A stretch of 64,000 nucleotides of DNA from Dehalococcoidia bacterium. Lineage in GTDB: Bacteria > Chloroflexota > Dehalococcoidia > Lucifugimonadales > VXLM01. The stretch is from NCBI GenBank assembly GCA_965232435.1, contig CBDDPU010000004.1, positions 2,812,423 through 2,876,422 of the forward strand, read 5' to 3'. Shown here in pieces: positions 1 through 8,286 of the stretch (positions are counted from its first letter, which is position 1; every line of letters starts with the position of its first letter). Position numbers and translations under genes: made by a program. The notes under the pieces were generated by a model. That model worked only from the letters and a program-made list of their open reading frames with translations, ran no database searches and was not told where the DNA came from.

Positions 1-540
1 GGGCGTACTTGGACCAGGGGATCAGGGCAAGTCGTGGTCAATGGAGGCGCGGGGGCGCAGGAACCCGGCGTCGTAGAACTGCGCGACGGCCGCGTGCTGA
101 TGTTTATCAGGACCTCGCTCGGCAGGCCGCACAAATGCTACTCGGAGGACGGCGGCGATACCTGGTCGAGTCCCGAGCCGATGAGCGTATGGTCCCCTAC
201 GTCGCCCCAGGCCATTCGTCGCATCCCGTCCACCGGCGACCTGTTGATGGCCTGGAACAACACCTCCGGTCGATTGCGTTCCCCGCTAACCTTGGCTGTC
301 TCCTCCAATGAGGGTCGGACGTGGGGACACATGCTGGACATCGAGACCGAGCAGGGACACACCTACTCCTATCCCAGCATCCTGTTTCAAAACGATGAAA
401 CGGTGCTGACCTACTATGACCACGACTCTACAGCACAGGCCAAGGACGCCGTGTCCAAATCTCCTCAGACTACCGGCTGGCGCGGCCTCGTCTCCCTCAA
501 ACTGGCAATAGTCCCGTTGGCCCGCATCTACTCGGCGTAG
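1..540 (+). CDS. BNR/Asp-box repeat sialidase-like glycoside hydrolase, C-terminal part (5' end outside window)
   Basis: Frame 1 is open from base 1 to the stop at 538-540. Asp-box motifs SEDGGDTW and SNEGRTW (S-x-D-x-G-x-T-W) as in sialidase-type beta-propellers. Confidence 0.6.
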   Translation, partial: GRTWTRGSGQVVVNGGAGAQEPGVVELRDGRVLMFIRTSLGRPHKCYSEDGGDTWSSPEPMSVWSPTSPQAIRRIPSTGDLLMAWNNTSGRLRSPLTLAVSSNEGRTWGHMLDIETEQGHTYSYPSILFQNDETVLTYYDHDSTAQAKDAVSKSPQTTGWRGLVSLKLAIVPLARIYSA

Positions 541-774
541 CAGCGTCTGCCGACCTTACGGGAAGTGCATTGCCAGCTGCCTCTCCCGACCAGGAACCCG
601 TCGGCTATGTCCTCTATCACCCACCAGTTACACTAGCTAACGCCCCAGAACGGCGTAACGGCTCTATAGACTGCTTCCCGGCGGTTCGAATCTCCGCTAC
701 TCTTTGCCCACCGTGGGAGTGCTCGAAGGCTTGCTTCCCTTATGCTCCCGTTCATTGGCTTGTCCAGGCCACAC

Positions 775-1803
775 TTAGCGGCTTAAGCCGGCGATCCGAG
801 CGACGAGGGAGCCAATATCTGAATAGCGGTGCTCTACGCCGCCCATCTTCAATCGCCAGGTGGGTGTATCCGCTGAATCGTCGGCGACTATCTCAACGTC
901 TATCGTCGCGCCGGCAACTCGACTATCGAGAATCCTGAAGCCCTCACGTTCCAGCGCCCGGCGCATCCACCTTCCGGAGAGTCCATCCGCAATCAGCAAG
1001 GCATTGCCTATGGCCGGGATGCGGGGCCTGAAGCCCCCGATGTCAGAATCGAAGATAAGCTCAGAACTGGAGAACGTGGACTGTAACGTTCCCCGCAGTA
1101 TAAGGTCTTCGGGCGCGCCATGTTCAACTCTGCCCTCAGGGGTGATCAACCACAGCGTGTCAGCAGCCCTCAACGCCAAGTCCAAGTCGTGAGTGGACAT
1201 AAGGACTGCCAGACCCGTTTCGCGGGTCAGTCGCTTCAGCAGACCCGTTATCTCAACACGAGTGGGCAGGTCCAGAAATGCAGTAGGTTCATCCAGCAGC
1301 ATGACGGTGGGCTGCTGGGCAAGAGCCCGTGCAATCATCACCCTTTGGCGTTCCCCGTCACTCAGCTCGGAGATGTCACGCGCTGCCAGATCATGGGAGC
1401 GGGTTGCGCCTATAGCCCACTGGATAATCCTGTGGTCTTGAGGCGTTAGCCTTGCCGTCCAACCGGTGTACGGGTACCGCCCCAGGCCCACCAACTCATA
1501 GGCTGTTAGACGACCCACGGTGAGACGATCTGTGAGTACAACGCTCAACAGGGTTGCCAGTGTGTGATTGCTCAGATGGTGAATGTTGCGTCCATCGATC
1601 TCCACACTTCCGGCAAGTAGTGGCTGCATCCTGCCGAAAGTTCTGAGCAGGGTTGACTTGCCAGTGCCATTGGGACCAAGCAGACCGACGAATTCGCCCT
1701 GGTGCAGCTCTAAATCCACACCTTCAAGGACAGTGCGATGCCTTTTTGGGCCTGCTCTATAACCGACAGCAAGAGAATGTGCGGCCAGCGCGACTTCGTT
1801 CAC
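775..1803 (-). CDS. ABC transporter ATP-binding protein, iron-siderophore/cobalamin (FepC/BtuD-like) class, with ~90 aa extra C-terminal domain
   Basis: Walker A GPNGTGKST, signature LSDGERQR, Walker B MLLDEPT, H-loop STHDL. GTG start overlaps the permease stop (GTGA at 1800-1803). Confidence 0.85.
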   Translation of the reverse strand: MNEVALAAHSLAVGYRAGPKRHRTVLEGVDLELHQGEFVGLLGPNGTGKSTLLRTFGRMQPLLAGSVEIDGRNIHHLSNHTLATLLSVVLTDRLTVGRLTAYELVGLGRYPYTGWTARLTPQDHRIIQWAIGATRSHDLAARDISELSDGERQRVMIARALAQQPTVMLLDEPTAFLDLPTRVEITGLLKRLTRETGLAVLMSTHDLDLALRAADTLWLITPEGRVEHGAPEDLILRGTLQSTFSSSELIFDSDIGGFRPRIPAIGNALLIADGLSGRWMRRALEREGFRILDSRVAGATIDVEIVADDSADTPTWRLKMGGVEHRYSDIGSLVARIAGLSR

Positions 1804-2930
1804 AGGGCGAAGCCCCTTCTCGCCTTCAGCAGCACCCAGATGGCCACCGGTCCTCCAAACAATGCTGTCGCTGCGTTTATGGGAAGATTGAGGCTGCTAT
1901 TTGGAAGTTCGGCGAGTATTCCGCAGGCTAACGCGATTGCGATTCCGACCAGTATGGAGCCGGGGACCAGGATTCGATGGTCGGACGTGCCGAATACTCC
2001 GCGAGCGATGTGGGGTATCGCAATACCAAGAAACCCAATAGGCCCGGCATAGGCAACGACCGCCCCGGCCATGAGAGAAGCGCTGCCCATGATGACGACT
2101 CTTGCCCACTTCACGTTGAGCCCCATGCTCTGGGCATAGTTGTCTCCGAGGAGCAGGGCGTTCAGCGGCTTGATCGTGAGAACGGCCAATATCAATGCTA
2201 CCCCAATTGAGGACGACATGTAGGGCATCTCTCCCCAGCGAACGCGATTGAAGCTGCCCAAACCCCACTCCACGAACTCCCTGGTCTCCTGCTCGTTTGC
2301 AAAGAAAACGAGGATGGTTACGATAGCGCCAATCAGCGAAGCCATCACAACTCCCAGCAGCAGCACTACTACCATATCCCCGACTCTGGACGCGACTATC
2401 AGCATGACCGAAAGTACCGCCGCCGCACCAAGAGCCGCGCCTGCAACTGTCCCAAGATTGGTGAAGAAGCTGGCGCCAACTCCTGAGAAAATCTCTGGGG
2501 AGGTCGGACTCACGAGAATTACCAGCGCCACGCCAAGACTGGCTCCGGACGACACTCCCAGGGTGAATGGACTAGCTAGGGGGTTCCTGAACACGGTCTG
2601 CATTTGCAGCCCCGCGAGACCCAGGGCGGTACCGACCAGCATGGCGGTCAAGACTCTCGGAAGCCGGATGTCCATGACGATGGTCTGCCATGATCTCTTC
2701 TCGGCTTCGCCCCCAAGCAGGATGGACACCACCTGATCAACCGGTATGCTGACCGACGACCAGCTCAGGGACGCCATGACTGCAGCTATGCCCAGAATCG
2801 CAAGCAGGGCAAATACGGCCAGTTGGCGCTGTACGCGAGAACCGGTATCAATCGGAAGTTCGTCCTGTTCAGGAATCTGAACAGACCCAGGCCGGGCGGG
2901 AGTTGAGGTTGTTGGATCGGGAGTGCTCAT
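1800..2930 (-). CDS. FecCD/BtuC-family iron-chelate ABC permease
   Basis: 376-aa polytopic membrane protein with FecCD-like glycine-rich helices (GPIGFLGIAIPHIARG). ATGA start/stop overlap with the upstream hydrolase gene at 2927-2930. Confidence 0.85.
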   Translation of the reverse strand: MSTPDPTTSTPARPGSVQIPEQDELPIDTGSRVQRQLAVFALLAILGIAAVMASLSWSSVSIPVDQVVSILLGGEAEKRSWQTIVMDIRLPRVLTAMLVGTALGLAGLQMQTVFRNPLASPFTLGVSSGASLGVALVILVSPTSPEIFSGVGASFFTNLGTVAGAALGAAAVLSVMLIVASRVGDMVVVLLLGVVMASLIGAIVTILVFFANEQETREFVEWGLGSFNRVRWGEMPYMSSSIGVALILAVLTIKPLNALLLGDNYAQSMGLNVKWARVVIMGSASLMAGAVVAYAGPIGFLGIAIPHIARGVFGTSDHRILVPGSILVGIAIALACGILAELPNSSLNLPINAATALFGGPVAIWVLLKARRGFAL

Positions 2931-3718
2931 CCTGTTCGAGTTATTGCTTCGTTGAGCCCTGATCCAAAGAAATCCTTGACTATAGGGATGAGAATGTCCA
3001 GGCGAGAGCGGCTCTCATGGTGGTCGAGTCTCTCAAGAGATGTAAAGGAGACGTTGGGGAACTCAGCCGCTGCCTGCCTGGCTAGATCGTGGTCTTCATC
3101 TTGGGTTCCACATAGCAGCAGGTAGGGAATCTGACCTTGTGAAATCCCTTCACTCAGTCCCTGTATCCTACTCGTAGCGACAAGGGCAGCGCCCAAAGCC
3201 TTCCAGTCGCGGGCCTCTAGCTCCGCTTTCTGTTCATGGCTGAGAGGGCCCGACCCCCTTTCTCTGTTTTCTATCGCGGCCTCTACGCCATGATCAATGT
3301 ACCGCTGACCCCACTCCTCGAAGTCTACGGGAAGTCTCTCACTGTACGGATGGGCGCCGAGAACAATGGCTGAACGGAGACGCTTCGGCGCATAGGTGCA
3401 GACCCCGAAGGTCGTAATGCCACCGAGTGAGTAGCCGAGGATACAGGCTGACTTCACTCCAACGGCATCCAACACTGATGTGACGTCCCGTACCTTCTTC
3501 GGCAAGCTGTAGGCGGCCGGACCGTGAGGCTTATCGCTTCTGCCATGCCCACGGGCGTCCATGGTGATGACTTGAAACTGGTCGCTCAGGGCCTCTACGT
3601 GGCCGCCTGTGTGCCAAGCATCTCCAGACACCCCAAACCCATGGAGCAGAACTAGTGGGGGGCCGGTTCCTTCGACGTGGAAGTGAATCCTCACCCCCTC
3701 ACTAGCTGCATATGGCAT
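2927..3718 (-). CDS. alpha/beta-fold hydrolase embedded in the iron-uptake operon (candidate siderophore esterase)
   Basis: LVLLHGFGVSG oxyanion-region motif and nucleophile elbow GYSLGG. Located between the binding-protein and permease genes on the same strand. Confidence 0.7.
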   Translation of the reverse strand: MPYAASEGVRIHFHVEGTGPPLVLLHGFGVSGDAWHTGGHVEALSDQFQVITMDARGHGRSDKPHGPAAYSLPKKVRDVTSVLDAVGVKSACILGYSLGGITTFGVCTYAPKRLRSAIVLGAHPYSERLPVDFEEWGQRYIDHGVEAAIENRERGSGPLSHEQKAELEARDWKALGAALVATSRIQGLSEGISQGQIPYLLLCGTQDEDHDLARQAAAEFPNVSFTSLERLDHHESRSRLDILIPIVKDFFGSGLNEAITRTG

Positions 3719-3731
3719 GGTTCGACTCCCC

Positions 3732-6281
3732 TTACTCGGAGGGAGGAGCTATGAGCTCCAGCCAGATCGTTTCGTGCGGCTGGTCCAACAACTCCGGGTG
3801 GAGAATGCTTACCAAGTCCATCAGAAGGAGGTCGACCCGGTAGTTGACGGCTGTCTTGTAGAAGTCGTCATTACCGGGCTTGAACTTGTGGAACGCATTC
3901 CCGTTGTGCAACGGGTCCAGCTCACCGTAGATCGGTCTGGTACTTACCCACCCGTCCCCATCTGTAAAGTCCAAGTCGGGGAAGACGGCGTTGTGCGAAT
4001 CGTTCAACCAGAAGTCGGAGGCCGCTGCTACTTCCAGCACCACTTCCCCTGATATTGTGGCGGACGCGTCGAGTGCGATGTCCTCATCGAGCAGGATCGG
4101 CGTCCCGCCCGCGTCGCGGATCAGGTGATAGTCGAGGTAATCCGGGCCGCGCGTGAACCACGCGCCGCTGCTGAGGGCCTGGCCGTGCAGCACCGTGCTG
4201 CGTTCAGCGACCGGAACCGCGCTTGCCACTCTCTCCGCCAGCGCAACGTATGCCTCCTCGACCGGAGCGAACAACTCGGTGGCCTTCTTTTCTTTGTTGA
4301 AGAACAGCGACCAGAACTTCAGGTGCTCCGCTGATCCTAGCGGAACCTCCCAGAACGAATTGTAGAACACGGCAGGAAGGCCAAGGGAGCGCGCCGTCTC
4401 ACGCTGGCTGGCGTTGAACGGAACGACCACCATGTCTGGCTCGGCCGCCACCACCGGCTCCCACGCGTCTGCCGCTCCGGTAACCAGGAAGCCGTCGGAT
4501 TGGTACCGCTTGGCCAGTTCCGGCGTGGTCTCGGAGACATCGCCGGACGGAAGGTACCCCAGCCCTATCAGTGACTCCGCTTCGCCCAGGTACTCCAGCG
4601 CCGTCACAACCGATGCGCCGCGGGAGTTCTCGTAGACCCTTTCCACAGGAATCGGGACGATTTGAGTCCCAGCGAGATTGCCGGTGAGCTCCGGCGCCGG
4701 CGTTCCCTTCTGAACGAGCACGTAGGTCTCTCGGGAACCGGCGTTGGCGTCGCCCACAGGGCCCATGTTCACGATCTTGTAGTTGCCGTGATAGGTGACC
4801 GTCCAATCCTCGGCCCATTTTACCTGGACCTTGTCCGGGAAGTAGTCCGTCCCTGCAACATATTCTTCCACCGGGCCCTGGGGATTGCTCGCGATGACTC
4901 CTATCTCGGCGGCCGTTTCGATCCGATCAAGGAACACAAGCTGGTGATTGGGGAGCAGTCCCGGATGGATTATGCTTACGATGTCCTTCAGGAGGATGTC
5001 CGCCCGCACGGCTCCGGTGCTGTGGTAATCGCTCTCACGCCCATATCTGTGGAAGGCGTTGCCCGCGGTCATCGGGGCGAAATCCCCGTTCAGCGGGTTG
5101 CGCTCGAGAAACTCGGGAACAGTCCGCTCACTGGGAATGTAGGCCATGTCGAACCAGTATTCCGCGCCCTGCCCATGTTCGAGCGCCGTCTCCACCGCGA
5201 CTCCTCCAAAGCCCAGGTGAGCCGTACCGTCCAGCAAGCCCTGGTCGACGGCCTTCAGCAAAGGACGAGCCCCACCCGCGTCTTCGATCAGTATTGACTC
5301 GAGCCGGGTGCGATTCCTGCTCTGGAATTGTCCGGACCTTGCGATAGTGCCCAGCAGAACGGAGGGACTTGCCGGCTGGCTTTGGGCAAGGGACTTGACC
5401 ATATTGTACTCTTCGGCAATTGGCTCGAAGTACCGGTTGGCCCTGGCCTCCAGGTTGAAGAACAGCGACACAAACTTCACCTGCTCCGCCGAGCCCAAAG
5501 GGCCCTCGGAGAAGGGAGAGTAGTGAATGGCGGGCACGCCAACTTGGAGCGCGTTGTTCCGCCAGTCGTCGCCGTTGTACTGGAAGTACACGTCAGGGTC
5601 GCCGTTCAGGATCAGTTCCAAGTCATCTCCGTAGCTGGTCTCCTCGAATATGTCATCCTGGGTGACTCGAGCGACCACATCCGGGAGGAAGTGGTTCTTG
5701 TGGCCTGAAGTTCTTGTGTTGACTCCAATCAGCCGGTCCAGAGCGCCGAGCGCGTTCAGCGCCGCGAAGGTGGCGCCGCCGCCTTCCCAGAAGCGCTGAA
5801 CAGGCACCTCGACAGCCAACGCATCTTCAAGCTCGCCGGAAAGTTCCGGCGCCGGCGTCCCGCACTGCACCAGAACGTATCGAATTAGGTTCTGCGCGTC
5901 CGGGCTGGTGTCCGTATCAACTGTTACCACCTTGTAGTTGTTGAAGTACTCGACCTGCCACTCCTTGGCATATTGAGCTTCAGCCTTGTCGGGAAAGTAG
6001 TCGGTCTCCTCCTCGTAGGTATCCGTGCACTTCTGAAGGTTGTTGATGATAAGGTTCTTCACCACAGGCACCTGTACCTCGACCGGCACCTCTTTCTCCA
6101 CCTCCACTACCCGATCTACGGGAACTTCCACAGGTACCTGTACCTCGACCGGCACCTCTTTTATCACTTCCACTGTCCGTTCTACGGGCACCTCAACTTC
6201 CACTACCCTCTCGCCACAGGCCATAAGAATGGCGACGGTCAAGAGGAGTGGCATTAGGATCCCCAAGCTTATCTTTGGCAT
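3732..6281 (-). CDS. tandem-duplicated periplasmic-binding-protein lipoprotein (two iron-siderophore/cobalamin-type PBP modules in one 849-aa chain)
   Basis: Lipobox LMAC after the signal peptide, then a Val/Glu/Pro repeat linker. Two homologous halves: TDYFPDKAEAQYAKEWQVEYFNNYKVV...YVLVQCGTPAPELSG versus TDYFPDKVQVKWAEDWTVTYHGNYKIV...YVLVQKGTPAPELTG, with tails LLKDIVSIIHPGLL versus LLMDLVSILHPELL. AGGAG RBS at 6292-6296. Confidence 0.75.
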   Translation of the reverse strand: MPKISLGILMPLLLTVAILMACGERVVEVEVPVERTVEVIKEVPVEVQVPVEVPVDRVVEVEKEVPVEVQVPVVKNLIINNLQKCTDTYEEETDYFPDKAEAQYAKEWQVEYFNNYKVVTVDTDTSPDAQNLIRYVLVQCGTPAPELSGELEDALAVEVPVQRFWEGGGATFAALNALGALDRLIGVNTRTSGHKNHFLPDVVARVTQDDIFEETSYGDDLELILNGDPDVYFQYNGDDWRNNALQVGVPAIHYSPFSEGPLGSAEQVKFVSLFFNLEARANRYFEPIAEEYNMVKSLAQSQPASPSVLLGTIARSGQFQSRNRTRLESILIEDAGGARPLLKAVDQGLLDGTAHLGFGGVAVETALEHGQGAEYWFDMAYIPSERTVPEFLERNPLNGDFAPMTAGNAFHRYGRESDYHSTGAVRADILLKDIVSIIHPGLLPNHQLVFLDRIETAAEIGVIASNPQGPVEEYVAGTDYFPDKVQVKWAEDWTVTYHGNYKIVNMGPVGDANAGSRETYVLVQKGTPAPELTGNLAGTQIVPIPVERVYENSRGASVVTALEYLGEAESLIGLGYLPSGDVSETTPELAKRYQSDGFLVTGAADAWEPVVAAEPDMVVVPFNASQRETARSLGLPAVFYNSFWEVPLGSAEHLKFWSLFFNKEKKATELFAPVEEAYVALAERVASAVPVAERSTVLHGQALSSGAWFTRGPDYLDYHLIRDAGGTPILLDEDIALDASATISGEVVLEVAAASDFWLNDSHNAVFPDLDFTDGDGWVSTRPIYGELDPLHNGNAFHKFKPGNDDFYKTAVNYRVDLLLMDLVSILHPELLDQPHETIWLELIAPPSE
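6062..6193 (-). repeat. 2 x 66-bp tandem direct repeat inside the binding-protein gene (22-aa EVPVEVQVPVEVPV-type linker units)
   Basis: 6062-6127 and 6128-6193 align base for base at roughly 85% identity (ccacagg[c/t]acctgtacctcgaccggcacctctt...). Confidence 0.9.
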
Positions 6282-6320
6282 TAACGAAGATCTCCTTTAC
6301 AGCAATTGATTTCCTTTTCT

Positions 6321-6339
6321 GATACTAACTATCATTATA
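6321..6339 (-). promoter_or_regulatory. Fur-box-like operator overlapping a TATAAT -10 hexamer upstream of the iron-uptake operon
   Basis: Minus-strand reading TATAATGATAGTTAGTATC matches the 19-bp Fur consensus GATAATGATAATCATTATC at 15/19 positions. It lies 40-58 nt upstream of the ATG at 6281 in a locally AT-rich patch. Confidence 0.45.
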
Positions 6340-6470
6340 AAGAGATGATTAGCACCAGAAATATAGAACAGCACAGTATAAACTATTGGGGTGAGTGCTG
6401 ACAACTCCAGAGACATATTTGATATGATATCTCAATACATACGCCGATTAGACCTCGCAGTAGGGCGTGA

Positions 6471-6555
6471 GTGAATCTGGCGGCGGAGTACTGCGATCAC
6501 ATCGTCATGTTGCAGAATGGTCGCGTCCAAGCGGCTGGACATCCCAGCGGAAAGT
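6471..6555 (+). pseudogene. 3'-terminal remnant of a FepC/FecE-type ABC ATPase
   Basis: Translates to NLAAEYCDHIVMLQNGRVQAAGHPS, the conserved segment that follows the H-loop in siderophore-type ATPases. An in-frame TGA (6468-6470) lies directly upstream, so the Walker A/B parts are absent. Confidence 0.45.
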
Positions 6556-6572
6556 TCGCTATACAGTCCGCT

Positions 6573-6764
6573 CTATCCCACCCATTTGTATCTGAGACTT
6601 ACGGAGACTCGAACTCCCAAAAGCCCCGAGTAGACATCCGACGCCAGGCCCTGTGGTACGCACCCCGTCAATTGGTTCTTCCGCAGACGCCACCGTTCGA
6701 GGTTGCTGAGTCCGCCTAGCTCGCTCGGAATCGTCCCAGTCCGTTGGTTGCTGTTGAGCCAATG
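6573..6764 (-). pseudogene. leucine-rich-repeat (plant-type LRR) protein fragment
   Basis: Minus-strand frame, translated codon by codon: HWLNSNQRTGTIPSELGGLSNLERWRLRKNQLTGCVPQGL... An in-frame TAG lies directly upstream (6765-6767), there is no start codon, and the stop is at 6573-6575. Confidence 0.45.
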
Positions 6765-7005
6765 CTAGGACATTACGTCTTGCACTTCTGGCTTGAACCC
6801 GCGGTCGTGAACCGCTTCCTGCTGTAGACAGAACTTTCGAGCTTCTGATCCAGTTGTAGAGTATGGGCGACTCCGGTCGATATTCCCAGCGTCCGTGTTC
6901 GCCGGGAGCTACGGCAACTATCCGGGATAAGTGCGTCCGGAGCCAGCACAGTGACTCTATCAGCGGAAGAATGCCTGAGGCGCCGCGAGGAACTGCAAGC
7001 CGTCT

Positions 7006-7464
7006 ATGTGCGTTGCATGGGGGGTCCCGGAGCGTTGCGATCTTGCGCCCACACTTGTCCGCGAGGAGCGGACCGACGAGTTCTTGGCGCAGTGGGTACG
7101 TTTCTCTGGCGAACCGGGCGAGCGTGTACCGGGGTTATTCGTTAGGCCCTTACGCTCCGCCGGCCGACTCCCCGTAATCATCGTGCTACCAGGAGGTCAC
7201 CGTACAAAGGATTTTGCGCTTTTCGGTCACGAGCAGTGGCCCTTACCCTTCGATCTCAAGACGGTGGCCCAAGCGACGAACCGAATTTTGGTGCTGCGCA
7301 ACGGCCGGGTAGTCGAGCAGGGTGGCATAGTCGAGACCATGTCGAGACCAAGCCATCCATACACTTCCCAGCTTGTCTCCGCGTTTGACGACGCACGACG
7401 CGGCACAGGAGAAGAGTTCCGCCCATCCAACGGTACTCTCCCACGCTTGCAATACGAGGACTGA
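7006..7464 (+). pseudogene. chimeric remnant: esterase-like N-terminal segment joined to the C-terminal tail of a Dpp/Opp-type ABC ATPase
   Basis: VRFSGEPGERVPGLFVRPLRSAGRLPVIIVLPGGHRTKD (alpha/beta-hydrolase-like) is followed in frame by TNRILVLRNGRVVEQGGIVETMSRPSHPYTSQLVSAF (ABC C-terminus with the HPYT motif). In-frame stops at 6928, 6952 and 6976 lie just upstream. Confidence 0.4.
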
Positions 7465-7559
7465 CGGCTGGCTATGGCCGCCAAAGGCACGCGACCCGCG
7501 TCGTCGATGGCGTTGACATAGACGTTCATCCCGGAGAGTGCGTCGCCCTGATTGGCCGC

Positions 7560-7961
7560 GTGCGGCTGCCTCCATCTCTTTTGTCGCGATTCCCGCGCGA
7601 GCCCTCTGGGGGCGAGCGCCAGCGCGTCGCTATCGCTCGAGCCCTTGCTGCCGAACCGCAAGTCCTCGTCTGCGATGAAGTGACTTCGGCATTGGATGTG
7701 GAAGTAGAGGCCTCGGTTCTGGATCTGATCGACGAACTCAGGAAGGATAGAGGGATGGCGGTACTGCTCATCACTCGCAACCTGTGAGTGGTCCGCCGAA
7801 TCGCTGACAGGGCTGTCGTCCTGCACGACGGCGGCATTTGCGAACACGGGTCTGTCGCGAGAGTATTCGATGCGCCGGAGCATGAGTTTACGCGCTCGAT
7901 CCTGAAGGTCGATCTACCCGTATCCGATATCTTGCGCCGACGGCTGAAGACCGGAGCGTAG
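7560..7961 (+). pseudogene. Dpp/Opp-type ABC ATPase lacking its Walker-A half and interrupted by an in-frame TGA
   Basis: [32 protein letters not shown]...[10 protein letters not shown][TGA 7785-7787]VVRRIADRAVVLHDGGICEHGSVARVFDAPEHEFTRSIL. The H-loop region reads ITRNL-stop where the intact paralog at 19300-20322 has IAHDLS. Confidence 0.6.
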
Positions 7962-8155
7962 GTGGGTTTCTACGTTAGGTTCCTAAGATGCGTATTGTCC
8001 CACCTGACAGGCGACCGCAACAACAGCAACCAAGGTTACGTTTGGTCGAGCTATTCGTCAGCCAGCTTCGCGTTGATTCGGCTAAAGTAGAATCTCCCAC
8101 CGAACTCCGCCGTTGAGAGCGATCTCAGCGCCTCCCGCCTGCCCCTCCCACCCCC

Positions 8156-8182
8156 GTCATTCCGGCGCAGGCCGGAATCCAG
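8156..8182 (+). repeat. 27-nt hairpin repeat, GTCATTCC family
   Basis: gtcattccggcgcaggccggaatccag, with 7-bp stem ttccggc/gccggaa and loop gcag. Identical to 10908-10934. Confidence 0.9.
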
Positions 8183-8206
8183 ACCCCCACCGTCGCAAAA
8201 GAATCC

Positions 8207-8237
8207 TTGCAATTTCGGGGGGGGGGGGGGGTAGATT
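8207..8237 (+). promoter_or_regulatory. sigma70-like promoter TTGCAA-N19-TAGATT whose spacer contains the G15 tract
   Basis: ttgcaa 8207-8212, spacer tttc+G15 8213-8231, tagatt 8232-8237. It lies 50 nt upstream of the TTG start of the lectin-like gene. Confidence 0.45.
8217..8231 (+). repeat. G15 homopolymeric tract
   Basis: 15 consecutive G counted directly (8217-8231). Confidence 0.95.
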
Positions 8238-8286
8238 ATTAGAGCTTGTGAGAAACCCCCAAAATAGCGGATGAAAGGCAGATGAA

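Noticed and set aside
640-712. T-loop-like motif GGTTCGAATC (683-692) followed by ...ctactctttgccca, suggesting a tRNA or tmRNA 3' end or a tRNA-derived att remnant.
   Set aside because: The flanking arms pair only as ggcgg/ccgct around a 9-nt loop. No complementary acceptor 5' strand, D-arm or anticodon arm could be found upstream on either strand. At best it is a degenerate fragment. A similar gcggttcg.atct.ccgc motif occurs (reverse strand) near 43797-43814, suggesting another small repeat rather than a tRNA.
6282-6470. The AT-rich leader of the btuF/fepB-like operon considered as a cobalamin riboswitch.
   Set aside because: No B12-box (…GCCACTG…) or conserved riboswitch core is visible. 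The region is better explained by a promoter plus Fur-like operator.
7785-7787. In-frame TGA inside an ABC ATPase reading frame, considered as possible selenocysteine or stop-codon recoding.
   Set aside because: The codon replaces the Gly/Ser of the H-loop (I-T/A-H-D-L-G/S). The neighbouring catalytic His and Asp are also mutated (R, N), and the whole Walker-A half of the gene is missing. A pseudogene is the simpler reading.
8217-8231. The G15 run considered purely as a sequencing or assembly artefact.
   Set aside because: Not rejected outright. Poly-G artefacts of two-colour chemistry occur at read ends, whereas this tract is embedded between unique sequence and sits exactly between -35-like and -10-like hexamers. 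It is kept as a finding with this caveat.
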